Below, in pieces: positions 60,877 to 64,000 of a stretch of DNA of 64,000 nt. The number at the start of each line of letters is the position of its first letter. The first letter of the stretch is position 1. A program made the position numbers and the translations under genes. The DNA is taken from the NCBI GenBank assembly GCA_965116495.1, contig OZ220696.1, positions 3,488,001 through 3,552,000 of the forward strand, read 5' to 3'. This stretch comes from Gammaproteobacteria bacterium (GTDB lineage: Bacteria > Pseudomonadota > Gammaproteobacteria > Eutrophobiales > Eutrophobiaceae). The notes under the pieces were generated by a model that did no database searches, had not been told where the DNA came from, and saw only the letters and a list, made by a program, of their open reading frames with translations.

Positions 60877-61977
60877 GTGGATATCTGGAGTCTCCCAGGC
60901 CCGTCCTCGTTCGTTGATAATATCGAGAATGCGGTTCGGGATGGATCAAATGTAATTGTCAGGTTTCCAATAGATATCCCTGGTGGATTGAAGCGCGAAC
61001 TAAGAGAGCGGTTACACTCGCTATTTATCTGGAATTACATTGATGCATCGGATTCCAGCTTGAATCCACTTGCATTTCTGCACCAGCAAATTTCTCCAGA
61101 TGTCAGTGCGTTTAAGATAAGTAGCATTGCAGAGTTAGCAGATAATACTTCATTTCAGGGAAGGCTCATTTGGGTAGAGAACATCGATAATGAAATGTGG
61201 CCTGAATGGTCAACGTTTCTAAGAGCTTACTCGGATGCATGTCGGAATGTGGACCTTATGAACCGTACAGTATTCATTGTTCTATTATCCAAAGGAGCTA
61301 TTGCGGGCAAGATAACAAAAGAAGTAGCTCTCGTATCCTATGACTTCAGAGGAGTCGTGGATATGTTGGATCTATTTGTGTTAGCCTTACGGGAAGCTCC
61401 GGTAAGTAATAAACCCCGCGAATATCGTGCACTATTGGCACATATGGTTGCTCAGGTTGCACAGTGGGACATCTCTCTAGCTGGTCAGCTTTTAGCATTG
61501 CCACTCGAAGAAGTGCTCAGTCCCGATAATATCCTCCGGCAATATGCTTTAGATCGCGGTTGGACATCCGAAACACTTAATTGTTGGGAGAATGGAACGC
61601 AGGATGGCATGCCAGAAAAACCTGTCGTGCATTCTGCTTTATTGGAAGTGTGCGGAGAATCGCGAACAGTGCGCCAAAGAATTTGGGCAGCTCAGGCGGC
61701 GGTGCTGCTGCCTCTCATAGAAGAGCAGCGCATCAGCCTTATATCCCAAAATAGTCGGTATCTGAATCTACCTATTAAAACTGAAGATGGGCGGCAAATC
61801 GACGATCCACTCGATTTAGATGTTGGTCAATTAGCGTGGCATCTGGACCGGAGAGACAAACCTAAAGTGTTGAGGAAAAAAATCCGGAGTCTTCGCTTGG
61901 TCCGTAACAAACTGGCACACATGGAACCACTTAAACCAAACGAAGTTCTGAGAGTGATGTTATTCGCCAACTCGTGA
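60877..61977 (+). CDS. Hypothetical protein: degenerate NTPase-like N-terminal part and putative C-terminal HEPN (RxxxxH) domain
   Basis: Starts 3 nt after the giant NTPase. GRLIWVENID is a Walker-B-like strand. The C-terminus LDVGQL...LRLVRNKLAH (61903-61920) fits the HEPN RNase motif. Confidence 0.7.
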   Translation: MDIWSLPGPSSFVDNIENAVRDGSNVIVRFPIDIPGGLKRELRERLHSLFIWNYIDASDSSLNPLAFLHQQISPDVSAFKISSIAELADNTSFQGRLIWVENIDNEMWPEWSTFLRAYSDACRNVDLMNRTVFIVLLSKGAIAGKITKEVALVSYDFRGVVDMLDLFVLALREAPVSNKPREYRALLAHMVAQVAQWDISLAGQLLALPLEEVLSPDNILRQYALDRGWTSETLNCWENGTQDGMPEKPVVHSALLEVCGESRTVRQRIWAAQAAVLLPLIEEQRISLISQNSRYLNLPIKTEDGRQIDDPLDLDVGQLAWHLDRRDKPKVLRKKIRSLRLVRNKLAHMEPLKPNEVLRVMLFANS

Positions 61978-61995
61978 ATCTTCTCTTTTCCCTCA

Positions 61996-62886
61996 ATGCC
62001 TGTCCTATACCCAATTGTTAAAGTAAGTCCGGAATGGCTTCGTGACCCCGAGGATATGGGAAGCAAGAAAAAGTTCTGGTATCTGGTTCCTAGGAGACAG
62101 AGAAGATATTGGCTTTTCAAATATCCACAGGCAGGTACTGGGCAACACTGGGCAGAGAAGATTGCCGCCGAGGTTGCGAGGTTACTGAATATTCAGTGTG
62201 CGAAAGTGGAATTGGCGGTTTTTGGAAGTGAGCAAGGATCGGTGACGGAAGCATTTACACATGGTAAGCGGGAATTAATTCATGGCAATCAGATTTTGGT
62301 AAGGGCTGTTTACGGCTACGATCCCGAGAGAAAATTCCATCAGTCAAGTCATAGTCTGGCGAATATCTGGCAGGCAATAGACAGAGTTTTTACAGAGAAC
62401 ACAGGTGCAAATCGGGCGAAACTCCGTCTTGCAGAGTACTTGGTTCTAGATGCATTGATTGGCAACACGGATCGCCATCACGAGAATTGGGGGATACTTC
62501 GAAAGCGCGTAGGTGACCGTTGGAAAGGGTCGGTGGCTCCATCATTCGATCATGCTTCCTCTTTGGGCCGGGAACTTCGGGATGTGAGACGTGAAAGGCT
62601 GTTAGCTGAGAATCGTGTAGGCGAATATGTCGAAAAGGGACGCGGCGCGATTTACTGGTCGGAAGATGACCTGCACGGTCCAAGCCCGCTGGAATTGGTA
62701 CGGCGGGCAGTCATTTCGTATCCAGACCTATTCCTTCCGGTTGGAAAGAAGCTGGAAAAGCTGGACGGGAAAGCTATGGAAGATATCGTGAACCACATAC
62801 CTGATGGTTGGATATCATCTTTCGCCAGAAAGTTTGCTGTTGCGCTACTGTGTTATAATTTTAAACAATTACAGGAACTATTCTGA
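61996..62886 (+). CDS. HipA-family Ser/Thr kinase lacking the HipA N-terminal subdomain
   Basis: MGSKKKFW loop, WLFK, HWAEKIA, DALIGNTDRHHENWG catalytic loop and APSFDHASSLG. Confidence 0.88.
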   Translation: MPVLYPIVKVSPEWLRDPEDMGSKKKFWYLVPRRQRRYWLFKYPQAGTGQHWAEKIAAEVARLLNIQCAKVELAVFGSEQGSVTEAFTHGKRELIHGNQILVRAVYGYDPERKFHQSSHSLANIWQAIDRVFTENTGANRAKLRLAEYLVLDALIGNTDRHHENWGILRKRVGDRWKGSVAPSFDHASSLGRELRDVRRERLLAENRVGEYVEKGRGAIYWSEDDLHGPSPLELVRRAVISYPDLFLPVGKKLEKLDGKAMEDIVNHIPDGWISSFARKFAVALLCYNFKQLQELF

Positions 62887-63632
62887 TGAGTGAACGAACC
62901 TTATTTCTGGCCTGGCAGGACAGCGATTCCAGCAGGGCGTGGTTCCCAGTGGGACAGCTCGATGCGGACGTTGATCGTCCTTTGTATCGTTTCCGTTATA
63001 TCGGAGGAGCGAAGCGCGCGCAGGAAAACTCAGGGTTCCCTCTACTCGTTGAGTTTCCCTCACTAGGGGGGGATTATAAATCTCCAGAGTTGTTCCCGCT
63101 GTTCCAGAACCGGGTAATGAATAAGAAAAGGCCGGACTTTGCCGACTATCTGCGTAGTCTTGACTTTACGGAGGAAGCTGATCCTATTGAGATTCTATCG
63201 GTAAACGGAGGTCAACGCATAACGGACGCCTATGAGGTGTTTCCGAAAATCGAGAAGGACGATAGTGGGAACTTCTCTTGTCGGTTCTTTCTGCATGGTT
63301 GGCGGCACGTCAAACAAGCTGCCCAGGAGCGAATTAACGGTCTGGAATCTGGAGAACGGCTTTTCCTAACACGGGGACAGACCGGTCCTGAGACCGGGTT
63401 GGCAGTAGAAATCTGCACTGGTGATGGTTTTATGATTGGTTGGGCGCCACGCTATCTGGTTGCCGATTTTGTTGCGTCTAAGTCTGAAACTCCTGAATAT
63501 TCTGCCCATGTGGTGCGGGTTAATCCCCAGCCTGCCCTGTCAAAACAACGGGTTCTGATTGAGATGCGTGGCCGCTGGGAAACCCACGAACCCATGAGAG
63601 GTGAGGATTTTGTGCCTTTGGTTGACGGCTGA
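62886..63632 (+). CDS. HipS-like N-terminal domain + HIRAN domain protein
   Basis: WFPVGQLD..YRFRY..ELFPLFQNRV (HipA-N/HipS-like) and FFLHGWRH...LAVEI...MIGWAPRYL (HIRAN). TGATG overlap with the kinase gene. Confidence 0.8.
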   Translation: MSERTLFLAWQDSDSSRAWFPVGQLDADVDRPLYRFRYIGGAKRAQENSGFPLLVEFPSLGGDYKSPELFPLFQNRVMNKKRPDFADYLRSLDFTEEADPIEILSVNGGQRITDAYEVFPKIEKDDSGNFSCRFFLHGWRHVKQAAQERINGLESGERLFLTRGQTGPETGLAVEICTGDGFMIGWAPRYLVADFVASKSETPEYSAHVVRVNPQPALSKQRVLIEMRGRWETHEPMRGEDFVPLVDG

Positions 63633-63720
63633 GTGTCTGTCAGAGTCGGTCTTAAGATTGTCTAAGGCTTCGTCTTGCCTGTGTGATTGACTATCGTCAA
63701 TGACCCTGCTCCCGAGTAAC

Positions 63721-63756
63721 GAAAAAACCGCTATAGAGGCGGTTTTTTCGCCCCAA
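63721..63756. terminator. Bidirectional terminator-like hairpin, right boundary of the island
   Basis: gaaaaaaccgctatagaggcggttttttcgccccaa, between the convergent HIRAN and DUF3782-like genes. Confidence 0.7.
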
Positions 63757-63762
63757 TCCCGC

Positions 63763-64000
63763 TTACCCGAATACCCGGGGCTGAAAATCTGCCTGGTTGA
63801 CGATACTGGCACTGCTCCCAGTTGCCCGGATAACAAACAGCCCCTGTCGCTCCGCATGGACCTCGGCGGATTGCTCCACCCGCAAATACGCCAGCGCGCC
63901 GTACACCTGCTTGCCCCGGAAAACCGGCACGTGCCCCGTGAACCTTGCCAGCTTCTCCAGAAAGTGTGTCACATCCTGGGCGTGCAACGTAGTCTTCACT
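63763..64000 (-). CDS. C-terminal part of a DUF3782-like PD-(D/E)XK-fold hypothetical protein (5' end beyond the window)
   Basis: VKTTL...DVTHFLEKL...VYGALAYL...AERQGLFVIRATGSSASIVN...F.P..F C-terminus; GC returns to host level. Confidence 0.65.
   Translation of the reverse strand, partial: VKTTLHAQDVTHFLEKLARFTGHVPVFRGKQVYGALAYLRVEQSAEVHAERQGLFVIRATGSSASIVNQADFQPRVFG

Larger units (their letters stand above)
54517..63756. mobile_element. Putative horizontally acquired defence island (four co-directional genes)
   Basis: Abrupt drop in GC and A/T-ending codon use relative to the flanks; related hairpins at both ends; no integrase or transposase in the window. Confidence 0.6.

Overview
This is a GC-rich bacterial chromosomal window, probably gammaproteobacterial given argA/argE, aceK-icd, the sigma32 promoter and the MoxR-Bat operon. 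Positions 1-54.2 kb hold mostly metabolic genes: an hcrCAB-like molybdenum hydroxylase, a UbiD decarboxylase with a gamma-carbonic anhydrase and an aromatic-acid MFS transporter, and a homoprotocatechuate meta-cleavage cluster (hpaH-I-G1-G2-E-D-F). They also include nirC, tupBC, two Hsp20 genes, a MoxR/DUF58/vWA/BatD operon, an aromatic amino-acid decarboxylase, ilvD, argE/argA, apbE, aceK, icd, and a hydantoinase/isochorismatase/CoA-ligase/amidase cluster. The region carries several families of short palindromic repeats, some translated in frame inside proteins, plus one MITE-like element and two genes whose cores have been deleted (a TonB receptor and a nucleoside deaminase). From about 54.5 to 63.7 kb lies a visibly AT-richer island bracketed by two related hairpins. 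It encodes a ~2000-aa STAND-type P-loop NTPase with a second, degenerate NTPase-like module, a 366-aa protein ending in a HEPN-like RxxxxH motif, a HipA-family kinase and a HipS-like/HIRAN protein. This four-gene island is the best candidate for an undescribed defence or conflict system. No tRNA, rRNA or CRISPR array was recognised. All assignments come from motif recognition by eye, with no database searches.
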